From positions 44,598 to 108,597 of the forward strand of contig CAVQPG010000001.1 in the NCBI GenBank assembly GCA_963714675.1: a stretch of DNA of 64,000 nt. Reading direction: 5' to 3'. Source of the stretch: an uncultured Chloroflexia bacterium. Lineage in GTDB: Bacteria > Chloroflexota > Limnocylindria > Limnocylindrales > CSP1-4. Each line of letters starts with the position of its first letter. Within the stretch, counting starts at the first letter, position 1. Below are positions 30,651-39,568 of the stretch, piece after piece. The position numbers and the translations under genes are program-made. The notes under the pieces are model-generated. The model was not told where the DNA came from. It ran no database searches and was given only the letters and a program-made list of their open reading frames with translations.

Positions 30651-31382
30651 TCAGCTCAGGTCACAGGCTCCGCCAGGCACCGGCATCACGTGCGGCCTGC
30701 CGCCCTCATCGAGGAGGAGCCCGAAGTAGTCGGACTCCCCGTAGTACGTGGTGGGAAGATCCAGCTCCATGTGATGCCGCGGCGGCCGGCCGCAGTCGAT
30801 CTCGTACTGGGCCACCCCCTCCTCGAAGCGGCGCCGCATCGACTCGCAGTGGTCCGCGACCTCGACGTCGGACATGTCTGCCCAGCCGGACGGTCGATCG
30901 GACTGGCCGGGCAAGCCGACGACCAGGGGCAGGTCCGGACAGCCGGTGAGGGCCACGTCGATCAGCGTCTCCGCGGCGGCGATGGTCGCGGTATCCCAGG
31001 TCGGTCGTTCGCCCTCGCCACTCAGGCTCCAGCGCAAGCGTCGCTGGGTGAAGTCGACGAGGTGCTCCACCGCTGGCGCGGCTGCCTCGGGCACGTCGTC
31101 CAGCTCCGAGAACGCGTCCACCCACACCTGCATCGGAACGAGGGCGTCGACGGCCCAGCGCAGGGGCACCGTGCCCGCAGCCTCGCAGAACGTGCCCGCG
31201 TCGTCGAAGCGCACGCCGAACGACTGCAGGTCCACGCTCTCCACCGTCGCAGGGTCGTAGGCGCCGGTGAAGAGCTGGGCCATCGTCACCGGCCGCGGGT
31301 CGGCTCCCAGCAGGGCGCAGCCGCTCGCCACCATCGCCAGGGCAAGCCCGAGGGGCGCCATCGAGGTCACGCTGCCGACCAT
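30651..31382 (-). CDS. putative lipoprotein (hypothetical)
   Basis: Signal peptide with a lipobox-like AMVASGC; acidic secreted domain with paired Cys residues. Confidence 0.55.
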   Translation of the reverse strand: MVGSVTSMAPLGLALAMVASGCALLGADPRPVTMAQLFTGAYDPATVESVDLQSFGVRFDDAGTFCEAAGTVPLRWAVDALVPMQVWVDAFSELDDVPEAAAPAVEHLVDFTQRRLRWSLSGEGERPTWDTATIAAAETLIDVALTGCPDLPLVVGLPGQSDRPSGWADMSDVEVADHCESMRRRFEEGVAQYEIDCGRPPRHHMELDLPTTYYGESDYFGLLLDEGGRPHVMPVPGGACDLS

Positions 31383-31463
31383 CGAGGCGATGATACTGCC
31401 GTCAACGCCAGACGCTTCTAGCGTCGGCGCGACGACCGCACCGTGATGCGCCTCACAGGCGGA

Positions 31464-31880
31464 TCAGCCACGCAGGAGCGTGCGGACGGCCTTGGCCAGC
31501 AGGAGCACGGCGAATGCGACCGAGACGACAAGCCCGGCGTCCTGCCACGGCTGACGGATCGGCTTGAAGTCCGTGCCGGCCGCGGTGATCTCGACGTAGC
31601 CGAGCGGTCGCGTGAGGGCACCGCCGCCGGCAGCGGAGCCTGTCTCGGCATCGGCGCTGCTGCCGCCACCAGCGCTGCTGCCGCCACCAGCGCCCGTCCC
31701 GATGATCACCTGCGCCACGGGGATGACCGTCACCCCGTCACGCTCCACCGGCTCGCCGAAGACGGCCCGCGCGCCCGTGTTCAGGCCGATGGTGCCAGCA
31801 ACGCGCTCGAACAGCGCCCCCACACCGTCGCGGGCTGCGGACTGGGCGGCCTCGAAGGCCTGTGCCTGCTCGTCGCTCAT
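31464..31880 (-). CDS. GerW/YtfJ-family protein
   Basis: FGEPVERDGVTVIPVAQV then a Gly-rich loop and a C-terminal hydrophobic helix; excellent GAAGGAGG RBS. Confidence 0.75.
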   Translation of the reverse strand: MSDEQAQAFEAAQSAARDGVGALFERVAGTIGLNTGARAVFGEPVERDGVTVIPVAQVIIGTGAGGGSSAGGGSSADAETGSAAGGGALTRPLGYVEITAAGTDFKPIRQPWQDAGLVVSVAFAVLLLAKAVRTLLRG

Positions 31881-31941
31881 GCGTCTGGTCCTCCTTCTCG
31901 ATCGGTCAGCGAACGCGCGATCGTGGCTCTAGCATGACGCC

Positions 31942-32289
31942 GTGATCGATCCACGCAACCGACCAGCTCTCATCGGCTCCGTCATCGCCGGTATCACGGC
32001 CTTCGTGCTGCTGTGGTGGCTGGGGCTTCCCCCGCTCATCGCCTGGATCGGCGGCTGGACGCTGCCGGCCTTCGCCATGTACGGCATCGACAAGCGACAG
32101 GCCGAACAGGGCGGCTGGCGCGTACCGGAGGTCCTGTTGCATGGGCTTGCGCTCATCGGCGGCGTCATCGGAGCGTGGGCCGGGCGCGCGGTCTTCCGCC
32201 ACAAGACCCAGAAGCGGGAGTTCACGCTCGTGCTCATCGTGGCCAGCGTGGCCTGGGCCGTGATCGCCCTGTGGGCCCTGCTGGGCTGA
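31942..32289 (+). CDS. DUF1294-domain membrane protein
   Basis: YGIDKRQAEQGGWRVPE motif; GTG start. Confidence 0.7.
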   Translation: MIDPRNRPALIGSVIAGITAFVLLWWLGLPPLIAWIGGWTLPAFAMYGIDKRQAEQGGWRVPEVLLHGLALIGGVIGAWAGRAVFRHKTQKREFTLVLIVASVAWAVIALWALLG

Positions 32290-32349
32290 CCCCGGCGGCG
32301 CCCTTGGACCCGGCAGCGCAGTTCCGAGCGGAAGCGCAGAATCACGGCC

Positions 32350-33270
32350 ATGCGATCCCCACACCGCGCCTTCTTGGCGCTTGCCTTGTCCAGCCTCGTC
32401 ACGCTCGTGAGCAGCGCTGCCACGCTCGCCCAGGATCCACTCTCGTTCACCGACGTCAACGGCGACCAGGTCGTCATCGAGGACACCAGCAACGTGGCCA
32501 CCCTTGGCGGCGTCTTCACCGAGACGGTCTATGCCCTGGGCGCACAGGACCACATCGGAGCCGTCGACGCGTCCAGCTTCTACCCACCTGAGGCCCTCGC
32601 GGAGAAGCCGAACTTCGGCTACTACCGCTTCCTCTCGGCGGAGCCGGTCCTGGCCCAGGACCCCAGCCTCATCATCGGCAACGAGGAGACCGGTCCGCCG
32701 GAGGTGGTGCAGCAGCTGCGCGACGCAGGCGTGCCCATCCTGCTCCTGCCGGACAACAACGACGTGCAAGCCGCACGTGACCTCATCAGCACGCTCGGAG
32801 CCATCTTCGACAAGGGCCCGGAGGCGGAGGCGCTCATCGAGCAGCTCGACGCCGACGTGGCTGAGGCAGAAGCGCTCGTGGCCCGGGCCGAGAGCAGCCC
32901 GCGCGTGCTCTTCGTGCTGCAGCCGCCTGAGGCGCCGCTGCTCATCAGCGGTGAGATCAGCGCGGCCGGCAACATGATCACGCTCGCGGGTGGCTCTCAC
33001 GTCTTCCCCGGGTTCCCCGGCTATCTGCCCATGACGCCCGAGGGCATCGTCGAGTCCGCACCGGACGTCATCCTCACCACGGAGGCCTCGGTGGAGCGGC
33101 TCGGCGGCTGGGACGCGGTCATGGACCATCCCGGCATCGGCCAGACACCGGCTGCTGACAACGGACGGGTCTACGCCATGGAGGACCTCTACCTCATGGG
33201 CTTCGGGCCGCGCACCGGCCAGGCCATCGCCGACCTCGCGCTCCTGCTGCACCCGGAGCTGGAGCCGTAA
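32350..33270 (+). CDS. hmuT: heme/siderophore-type ABC transporter substrate-binding protein (HmuT-like)
   Basis: Signal peptide and class III SBP fold, in context with the FecCD permease and HmuV-like ATPase downstream. Confidence 0.75.
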   Translation: MRSPHRAFLALALSSLVTLVSSAATLAQDPLSFTDVNGDQVVIEDTSNVATLGGVFTETVYALGAQDHIGAVDASSFYPPEALAEKPNFGYYRFLSAEPVLAQDPSLIIGNEETGPPEVVQQLRDAGVPILLLPDNNDVQAARDLISTLGAIFDKGPEAEALIEQLDADVAEAEALVARAESSPRVLFVLQPPEAPLLISGEISAAGNMITLAGGSHVFPGFPGYLPMTPEGIVESAPDVILTTEASVERLGGWDAVMDHPGIGQTPAADNGRVYAMEDLYLMGFGPRTGQAIADLALLLHPELEP

Positions 33271-33323
33271 CCCGCGCGGGGCTGCGGCTCGCCATCCTCG
33301 CGCTCGTCCTCGTCGCGGCCATC

Positions 33324-34307
33324 GTGGTCGCGATGGGCATCGGCGCGGTGAGCATCGCCCCGACGGAGGTGCTGGCCATCCTCGCGGGGCAGCTGGGGCT
33401 GGACCTCGGAGCCGCCTACAGCGAGCGCCAGGAGACCGTGCTCACCGCCATCCGCCTGCCGCGCGTGCTGGCGACGGCGCTGGTGGGGGCTGCCTGGGCC
33501 GTGGCCGGCGTGGCCATGCAGGGGCTCTACCGCACACCGCTCGCGGATCCGGCCCTCGTGGGCATCGGCGGTGGCGCCGCGCTGGGTGCCACGCTCGGGA
33601 CCGCAGCCGCCGTCTCGCTCGGCATCGTGGCCGGCTACGGCGGCACCGTGCTCGTCATCGCGGCGGCCTTCGTGGCGGCATCGGTCGCGGCCTCGGTCGT
33701 GTACCGCGTGGCCTCGTCCTCCGGCCGCGTCGTGGTCGCCACCATGCTGCTGGCCGGGATCGCCTTGACGGCCTTCTTCGGTGCCGTCACGGCCCTGGTG
33801 GTGGCCGCTGGCCGCACGCCCGAGCTGGGCTCGGTGCAGTTCTGGACCCTCGGCTCGTTCGCCGGCATCGTCGGGCGCGACGTGGTCGTGGGCGCGCTGC
33901 TGGTCATCCCCGCGGTCACCGTCCTGTGGCGCGTGGGACCCCGGCTCGATGCCCTGGCCCTGGGCGCGCCCGAAGCCGGCCATCTCGGTGTCGACGTACC
34001 CAGGCTGACGCGCATCGTGAGCGTGGTCTTCGCCCTGCTCACGGCCGTGGCCGTGGCCACCGCCGGCGTCATCGCCTTCGTCGCGCTCATGGTGCCGAGC
34101 CTCGTCCGTGGCTGGATCGGCCAGGCCCATCGCGACGTGGTCATGGGCTCGGCGCTGCTCGGCGGCACGCTGCTGGTCGTCGCCGATGTGCTCGCGCGCA
34201 GCCTCTTCTCGCCCGCAGAGCTCTCCATCGGCGTCATCACCACCCTCATCGGCGCACCCTTCTTCCTGTGGCTGCTGCTGCGTGACCGGGGCCTGCTGGC
34301 CCGATGA
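33324..34307 (+). CDS. hmuU: FecCD-family iron-complex ABC permease (HmuU-like); N-terminus probably extends upstream
   Basis: FecCD core present. The in-frame upstream codons encode TM1 (TRAGLRLAILALVLVAAIVV) but begin with GTA overlapping the hmuT TAA stop (GTAA, where GTGA would be expected), so there is no canonical start. Confidence 0.8.
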   Translation: MVAMGIGAVSIAPTEVLAILAGQLGLDLGAAYSERQETVLTAIRLPRVLATALVGAAWAVAGVAMQGLYRTPLADPALVGIGGGAALGATLGTAAAVSLGIVAGYGGTVLVIAAAFVAASVAASVVYRVASSSGRVVVATMLLAGIALTAFFGAVTALVVAAGRTPELGSVQFWTLGSFAGIVGRDVVVGALLVIPAVTVLWRVGPRLDALALGAPEAGHLGVDVPRLTRIVSVVFALLTAVAVATAGVIAFVALMVPSLVRGWIGQAHRDVVMGSALLGGTLLVVADVLARSLFSPAELSIGVITTLIGAPFFLWLLLRDRGLLAR

Positions 34308-35107
34308 CCTACCGTGCGATCGAGGTCGCCGTCCGCATCGGCGGAGCCAGCCTGCTCGACGGGGTCTCGGTGGAGATCCAGCCCGGCCAGATCGTGGCCG
34401 TGGCCGGGCCGAACGGTGCCGGCAAGACGACGCTGCTGAGCGTCCTCGCCGGTGACCGCCCGCCGTCGGCCGGCGTGGTCACGCTCGACGAACGACCCCT
34501 CGACCAGTGGCCCGGAGGGGAGCTGGCGCGACGCCGCGCCGTGATGGGCACCGATCGTGCGGTGGCCTTTGCCTTCAGCGCCGCGGAAGTGGCCATGCTC
34601 GGTCGGATGCCGCTGCATGGTGGTGACCCGGACGATGCTGACGATGTCGTGATCGAGGAACTGCTCGGAGCGGTCGATTGCGCGGGTCTGGGTGAACGGG
34701 TCTACGCCACGCTCTCCACCGGTGAGCAGCAGCGGGTGAGCCTGGCGCGCGCCGTGGCCCAGGTCACCGATGCCCCCGGTGTGACCCAGCCAGAGGCTCG
34801 CTATCTCCTGCTCGACGAGCCCACCTCCAGCCTCGATCCAGCACACCAGCACACGGCCATGCGCCTGCTCCGCCGGGTCGCCGATGGCGGCCGTGGGGTG
34901 CTCGCCATCGTGCACGACCTGAACCTGGCCGCCGCCTACGCCGATCGCGTGGTGCTGATGCGTGAGGCCCGGGTGGTCGAGGACGGGACGCCTGCGCAGG
35001 TCCTGCGGGCCGACCTGCTGGAGGCGGTGTTCGATATCCCCATGCTCGTCATCCCGCACCCGCAGCTGGCGCACCCCATCGTGATCGCCGAACCGCACGA
35101 GGGCTGA
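34304..35107 (+). CDS. hmuV: heme ABC transporter ATP-binding protein (HmuV-like)
   Basis: Walker A GPNGAGKTT, signature LSTGEQQR, Walker B LLLDEP. Confidence 0.85.
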   Translation: MTYRAIEVAVRIGGASLLDGVSVEIQPGQIVAVAGPNGAGKTTLLSVLAGDRPPSAGVVTLDERPLDQWPGGELARRRAVMGTDRAVAFAFSAAEVAMLGRMPLHGGDPDDADDVVIEELLGAVDCAGLGERVYATLSTGEQQRVSLARAVAQVTDAPGVTQPEARYLLLDEPTSSLDPAHQHTAMRLLRRVADGGRGVLAIVHDLNLAAAYADRVVLMREARVVEDGTPAQVLRADLLEAVFDIPMLVIPHPQLAHPIVIAEPHEG

Positions 35108-35296
35108 GATGCCCGGGCTCGCCGTGGCGTCGGTCGTGGCCCGCTCGCTGCAGGCCCTCGGGTCCCCAACACCGTTCGTCGCATGATCGGACGTGCAGGC
35201 ACTGCGCGGATGATGGCGGAGGTAGCCAAGTGCGATATCTTGTGTGTGAACCGCCGCCGCGATCGAGGATCGTCGACGCGAGGTGGGTTCTTCCGA

Positions 35297-35372
35297 GCGG
35301 GAGTAGCTCAGTTGGTAGAGCGCTAGCCTTCCAAGCTGGATGTCGCGGGTTCGAATCCCGTCTCCCGCTCCA
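35297..35372 (+). tRNA. tRNA-Gly (anticodon TCC)
   Basis: 76-nt cloverleaf GCGGGAG-TA-GCTC-AGTTGGTA-GAGC-G-CTAGC-CTTCCAA-GCTGG-ATGTC-GCGGG-TTCGAAT-CCCGT-CTCCCGC-T-CCA; anticodon loop CTTCCAA; CCA encoded. Confidence 0.9.
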
Positions 35373-35527
35373 ATCCTCTCTTTCACGCTCGCGGCGACGC
35401 GCTTCCAGCCCTTCCACGGTCCCACCCCGGTGACTGCAAGCTCGGCTGGGCGGCCAGACCAGCCAACGTCTCCGGCTCCCGCCTCGTCGGCGTGACCGCG
35501 GGAGGGACGTGCCTGTCCTGGGCGGGG

Positions 35528-35968
35528 CTACTCCACAAGCCGCACGAAGGCGTAGATCCCCTGGATGACGCCGAAGGCGGGCCACATCCCCCAGATGACG
35601 ACCCAGTAGACAAACCCTTCCTTGCGGAAGCCCATGTCCCGGTCCCACACGAAGATGGGGATGGCCGAGTAAAGGTACGGGACCGAGGCGGCCAGGGCCA
35701 GGACGAAGCCCCACTCCCGGCCAAGGAGCATGCCGATGCTCCCGATGATCTGCAGCGGCGCCCACAGGAGCACGTCGGCCCAGGCAAACCCCTGGTTGAA
35801 GGCGAAGTAGGCCTTCGGGTCGGTTGAACCGGGGTCGCCTCCGTAGACCATCTCGACCGTCCGGGGCGCACGCGGCCGTACGATCGCGACCAGCTGCAGC
35901 GATGCCAGCAGACCGATCAGGACGAGCCCGGCGATGGCCACGACCCACGTCAGCACGGTGACTTCCAT
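35528..35968 (-). CDS. hypothetical integral membrane protein
   Basis: Four predicted TM helices; shares a WAD/LW/PxxGxLL/YxYxA pattern with the neighbouring ORF. Confidence 0.5.
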   Translation of the reverse strand: MEVTVLTWVVAIAGLVLIGLLASLQLVAIVRPRAPRTVEMVYGGDPGSTDPKAYFAFNQGFAWADVLLWAPLQIIGSIGMLLGREWGFVLALAASVPYLYSAIPIFVWDRDMGFRKEGFVYWVVIWGMWPAFGVIQGIYAFVRLVE

Positions 35969-35995
35969 GCCACTACCCCCCTCTATTCCCCCAGA

Positions 35996-36466
35996 TCAGG
36001 CCAGGTCGGCCACGGCTACGCCGATGGTGATGAGGCCGGCCGCAGCCCACACGCTGAGCATCGCCAGACCGAGCCGGACGCTGCCCGGTTCGCCGATACG
36101 GAACCCCCGACGCTGCAGCTCCAGGCGGGTGAGGATGCCGCGACCGGCAAAGTAGACGTACATGCTGCCGCCGATGAGCCCGAGATAGGCCCACGTGGCG
36201 TGGCCGGCGATGAGCAAGATCCCTGCCGCCGGCAGCACCCACAGGACTCCTAGGTCCCAGAGCGCCTCACCCCGGATGTCCGCCCAGTAGACGTCCTCGA
36301 CCGTGTCCTCGCGCTCCACGAGGCTCAGCCGGGCAGCCGTGCCGGGCGCGAACCCTGTCAGGGCCTGGCCGCCCCACGCCAGGAGCCCCAGAACGGCGAT
36401 GGTGATGCCCCATACCAACTCCACAGCGGCCTCCTCAGACGTACTCGGCGGATCCGCCGGAGCCAT
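35996..36466 (-). CDS. hypothetical integral membrane protein, paralog of 35528..35968
   Basis: Similar TM topology and shared motifs (VYWADIRGEALWDLGVLWVLPAAGILLIAG). Confidence 0.5.
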   Translation of the reverse strand: MAPADPPSTSEEAAVELVWGITIAVLGLLAWGGQALTGFAPGTAARLSLVEREDTVEDVYWADIRGEALWDLGVLWVLPAAGILLIAGHATWAYLGLIGGSMYVYFAGRGILTRLELQRRGFRIGEPGSVRLGLAMLSVWAAAGLITIGVAVADLA

Positions 36467-36770
36467 GTTTCGTCAGGTCCCCGAGGACCTCATCGCCGCG
36501 GACGACTTGTCCTCGCCAGCCGCCTGAACGTATGCCAGCACTTCGTCGGCCTTGGCGACTGGCTGCTCGGTCGATGTCCCCGAGCTCGAGTACATCGGGT
36601 GAGCCGTATTCGTGCCGGACGATCGCTTTGATGGTGTCCTCCTCATCCCTCGTCGGCTCAGTGAAGGGGGCCAGCTGCACGCCATCGGCCCCTTCGTCAG
36701 GTGCGGGATCGGATGTACCTAGACACCATAGCTGGACGACGAATGCTCGTGCCTCTGAGCACGGTGCCAC
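36435..36770 (-). pseudogene. N-terminal fragment of an MDR-family quinone oxidoreductase/alcohol dehydrogenase
   Basis: IKAIVRHEYGSPDVLELGDIDRAA and GDEVLGDL...GGSAEYV match MDR N-termini (compare the intact genes at 46115 and 47545); interrupted by out-of-frame stretches; its 5' end is fused to the attR-like arm. Confidence 0.5.
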
Positions 36771-36834
36771 TGCGCTCAGGCGTTTCGGCCTACCAAGCTG
36801 GATGTCGCGGGTTCGAATCCCGTCTCCCGCTCCA
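36755..36834 (+). repeat. attR-like direct repeat, copy 2: 47-nt 3' half of tRNA-Gly preceded by a conserved non-tRNA arm
   Basis: 36788..36834 matches the tRNA 3' half with one mismatch; the upstream CTGAGCACGGTGCCACTGCGCTCAGGCG arm is shared with copies 3 and 4 but not with the tRNA gene. Confidence 0.6.
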
Positions 36835-36914
36835 CCCCTTCAGTTCCCTGCCTCGGCTACCGTCGGTGTCAGTTGGGCGCGGTCGAGCGTAGGATCGGTT
36901 GCCTGACGCGGCGC

Positions 36915-37532
36915 TCAGCCCGTCGGCATCGCGAGGATCGCCTCGAGCGCGGGAGTGGCGCGGTCGAACGTGTCAGCGACCACGTCCGCCGGTGTGCCGA
37001 GGGTCTCATCCTGGAGCCAGGCAGCGATGCCGGCCCGCATGATGGCGACCGTGGCGTGGGCCAGGATCCGAGGCCGCGGGTCGGCCGCGATGTCTACACG
37101 CAGATCGACCGCGACCTCCCTGGCCAGTTCGTCCTCCCAGCGCACCTGATAGGCCAGACCAGCCGCCATCACCGCGGGCTCCCTCGCTCCGACGCGAGCC
37201 TCTGCGCGTACCAGGTCGGGCTCGAAGTAGGCGGCGGTCAGGGCCAGGAGCCCCCGCCGAACGGCAGCGATCGTCGGCTCATCGGGCGGCCCTTCCGCGA
37301 GGGCCACATGGAGCGCTTCCAGCTTGCCCGCGGGGTCCACGATGAAGGCCTCGTCCTTGCTCTCGAAGTAGCGAAAGAACGTGCGGCGGGAGACGTTCGC
37401 CTCCGCCGCGATGTCATCGATGGTGGTGGCCGCGTAGCCGCGCTCCTCGAACAGGCGCATCGCCGCCCGTGCCAGCGCCAGCCGCGTCTGCAGCTTCTTG
37501 CGGGCGCGCAGCCCTGTCGCCTCGGTACCCAT
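36915..37532 (-). CDS. TetR-family transcriptional regulator
   Basis: TetR HTH (RLALARAAMRLFEERGYAATTIDDIAAEANVSRRTFFRYF); divergent from the MFS gene. Confidence 0.85.
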   Translation of the reverse strand: MGTEATGLRARKKLQTRLALARAAMRLFEERGYAATTIDDIAAEANVSRRTFFRYFESKDEAFIVDPAGKLEALHVALAEGPPDEPTIAAVRRGLLALTAAYFEPDLVRAEARVGAREPAVMAAGLAYQVRWEDELAREVAVDLRVDIAADPRPRILAHATVAIMRAGIAAWLQDETLGTPADVVADTFDRATPALEAILAMPTG

Positions 37533-37551
37533 GGCCGAAGCGTAGGGCGTC

Positions 37552-37603
37552 GACACTCTGGTGTCAAAGGACATCTTAGTGTCAAATGGCACTGTGATGT
37601 CAA
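37552..37603. promoter_or_regulatory. candidate TetR operator / divergent promoter region
   Basis: Relatively AT-rich stretch with the palindrome GACACTCTGGTGTC and three TGTCAA motifs spaced 17-18 bp apart, between the divergent TetR and MFS genes. Confidence 0.4.
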
Positions 37604-37704
37604 TATGTGGGCTGCCAGGATCGTGCTGCGCGGTGGACCGGACCGGACAGGCACCGCGCTCGACAGCTCACTCGAACAGGTCCGACATCTCGAAGGAGGT
37701 CGAG

Positions 37705-39411
37705 ATGGCCGCCAGCGTCATCCAACGCGGCGTACCCACGCCTGATTTCTCGGATCGCTACCTCACGCTCGCCCCGCGCGCGCTGCGCGGGGTCCTCGCC
37801 AGCCTCGCCCTGGTCATGCTTACCGCCTCGCTCAATTCGACGGCGGTCGGCACGGCGCTGCCCCGCATGGTCAGCGACCTCCGGGGCAACGATCTCTATG
37901 CCTGGGTCTTCACCGTCTATCTGCTCACGATGACCGCCACCATGCCGTTGTGGGGCTCCCTGTCCGACCGGTTCGGGCGGCGGCCGGTCCTGTTCACCGG
38001 ACTCGCCGTCTTCCTGGGGGGCTCCGCCCTGTGCGGGCTGAGCCAGGAGATGTGGCAACTGGTCGTCTTCCGCGGCATCCAGGGCCTGGGCGCCGGTGCC
38101 ATCGTGCCGGTGTCACTGGCCATCATCGGCGATCTCTTCCCACCCGCTGACCGCGCTCGCTACCAGGCGGCCTTCAGCTCCCTGTTCGTCCTGGCCTTCC
38201 TCATCGGCCCCACCGTCGGAGGCGTCCTGACCGATTCCGTCAGCTGGCGGTGGGTCTTCTACATCAACCTGCCCATCGGCCTGTTCGCACTCGCGGTCAT
38301 GTGGCGCTTCATGCCACAGCTCAAGAGCAGCGCCCAGGTGGCGCGCTTCGACGCCCTGGGGGTCGTCCTGTTCGCGGCCGCGATCGTGCCCCTGCTCGTG
38401 GGCATCCGGAATCTGCCCGATGGGACCTTGACCGATCCCACAGTCGGAGGGCTGATGCTTCTTGGTCTCCTCATCGGGATCCTCTTCCTCGCGGTGGAGT
38501 GGCGAGCCGAGTCGCCGATCATCCCCGTTCGCCTCTTCCGTGACCGGACGTTCGCGGTCGCATCCGCGGTGGTGCTGCTCGGCGTGGCCGGATTGTTCAT
38601 CGCGATCGTCTTCCTACCCCGCTACTTCCAGCTGGTCCACGGTGCGAGCGCGACCGAGTCCGGCTGGCAGATCATGACGCTGCTGATGGGACTCATCGTG
38701 GGCGCCGTGGGCGCCAGCCAGATCGTGGCCCGGACGGGCCACTGGAAGGTGCCGCTCCTGTCAGCGATGGTCGTCGGCGCCGTCGGCATGCTGCTGCTCT
38801 CGGGCCTGCACGCTGACTCGTCCATGCCGGTCGTCTGGAGCGCCATGTTCCTGACGGGCCTGGGCCTCGGACCGATCAGCGCGGTGCTGACCGCGGTGGT
38901 GCAGACGACCTCGCCCCCGGCCGTGCTCGGGGTCGCGACCAGCACCCTGACCTTCTTCCGCCAGCTCGGAGCGTCGATCTGGCTGGCGGTGGGAGGCTCG
39001 ATGTTCTCTGCCACCTTCCGCGAGCAGTTGCCGAACCAGCTGGTCGCGAACGGCGTCCCGGCGGACGTGACCGCGGGCCTCACCACTGGCTCAGGGGCAG
39101 TGGCGTCCGAGGGGACGGCCACCGTCGGCGACCTCGGCGCGGCCATCCTCGGCAACCTTCCCGACGAGGCTCGGCCCGCGATCGAGCCGTTCATCGGAGG
39201 GATCGTGGCCGGCATGCACGAGGCCTTCAGCCTCGCGAGCGGCTCGGCCTTCTGGCTCGGGATCGGTGCGGTCGTGGCCGCGTTCCTGGTCCTGCTTCCG
39301 CTCCCCGAGCAGCGACTCCCGACGGAGCGACTCGCCGAGATGCGGGGTCGAGCTCGGGACGATGGACCCACCCCTTCGACGCCCGATCCGGTGGCGGTGC
39401 GGGGCAGCTGA
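37705..39411 (+). CDS. MFS transporter, DHA2 (14-TMS drug:H+ antiporter) family
   Basis: 14 predicted TM helices and MFS motif A-like GRRPVL; perfect GAAGGAGG RBS before ATG 37705 (the ORF-track start at 37561 is rejected). Confidence 0.85.
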   Translation: MAASVIQRGVPTPDFSDRYLTLAPRALRGVLASLALVMLTASLNSTAVGTALPRMVSDLRGNDLYAWVFTVYLLTMTATMPLWGSLSDRFGRRPVLFTGLAVFLGGSALCGLSQEMWQLVVFRGIQGLGAGAIVPVSLAIIGDLFPPADRARYQAAFSSLFVLAFLIGPTVGGVLTDSVSWRWVFYINLPIGLFALAVMWRFMPQLKSSAQVARFDALGVVLFAAAIVPLLVGIRNLPDGTLTDPTVGGLMLLGLLIGILFLAVEWRAESPIIPVRLFRDRTFAVASAVVLLGVAGLFIAIVFLPRYFQLVHGASATESGWQIMTLLMGLIVGAVGASQIVARTGHWKVPLLSAMVVGAVGMLLLSGLHADSSMPVVWSAMFLTGLGLGPISAVLTAVVQTTSPPAVLGVATSTLTFFRQLGASIWLAVGGSMFSATFREQLPNQLVANGVPADVTAGLTTGSGAVASEGTATVGDLGAAILGNLPDEARPAIEPFIGGIVAGMHEAFSLASGSAFWLGIGAVVAAFLVLLPLPEQRLPTERLAEMRGRARDDGPTPSTPDPVAVRGS

Positions 39412-39435
39412 CCTGATCGACCCCGGACCTCACTC

Positions 39436-39473
39436 GCGTGGACGGCCCCGCCTCGATGGCAGGCCGTCCACGC
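39436..39473. terminator. bidirectional terminator hairpin between convergent MFS and ATPase genes
   Basis: Perfect 12-bp inverted repeat GCGTGGACGGCC/GGCCGTCCACGC with a 14-nt loop. Confidence 0.5.
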
Positions 39474-39568
39474 GCTCTGCGGCAGCACCGCTCGGTTCGT
39501 GTCGCATCTCCTTGCCGACTTCGCAAGCTGCTGGGTCGGCGAGCCGGTGTCGTCCATCCGGCTGCGAG

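Larger units (their letters stand above)
35373..36787 (+). mobile_element. remnant of an integrated element between tRNA-Gly and the first attR-like repeat (inferred)
   Basis: Bounded by the tRNA 3' end and a direct partial copy of it; contains two paralogous membrane-protein genes and a dehydrogenase pseudogene fragment; no integrase present. Confidence 0.35.

Noticed and set aside
33635-35425. 596-aa minus-strand ORF spanning the tRNA
   Set aside because: Antisense to hmuU/hmuV and runs through the tRNA-Gly gene (reverse-translated tRNA motif AGDGIRTRD); artefact.
36703-36834. Possibility that copy 2 is an intron-containing or long-variable-arm tRNA (GCGGGAT 133 nt upstream of CCA)
   Set aside because: No credible D-arm or anticodon arm can be drawn for the 5' part; the arm is instead shared with copies 3 and 4, which fits the attR explanation.
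37561-37704. ORF-track 5' extension of the MFS gene
   Set aside because: It overlaps the TetR operator region; a perfect GAAGGAGG RBS precedes ATG 37705, which gives a canonical MFS N-terminus.
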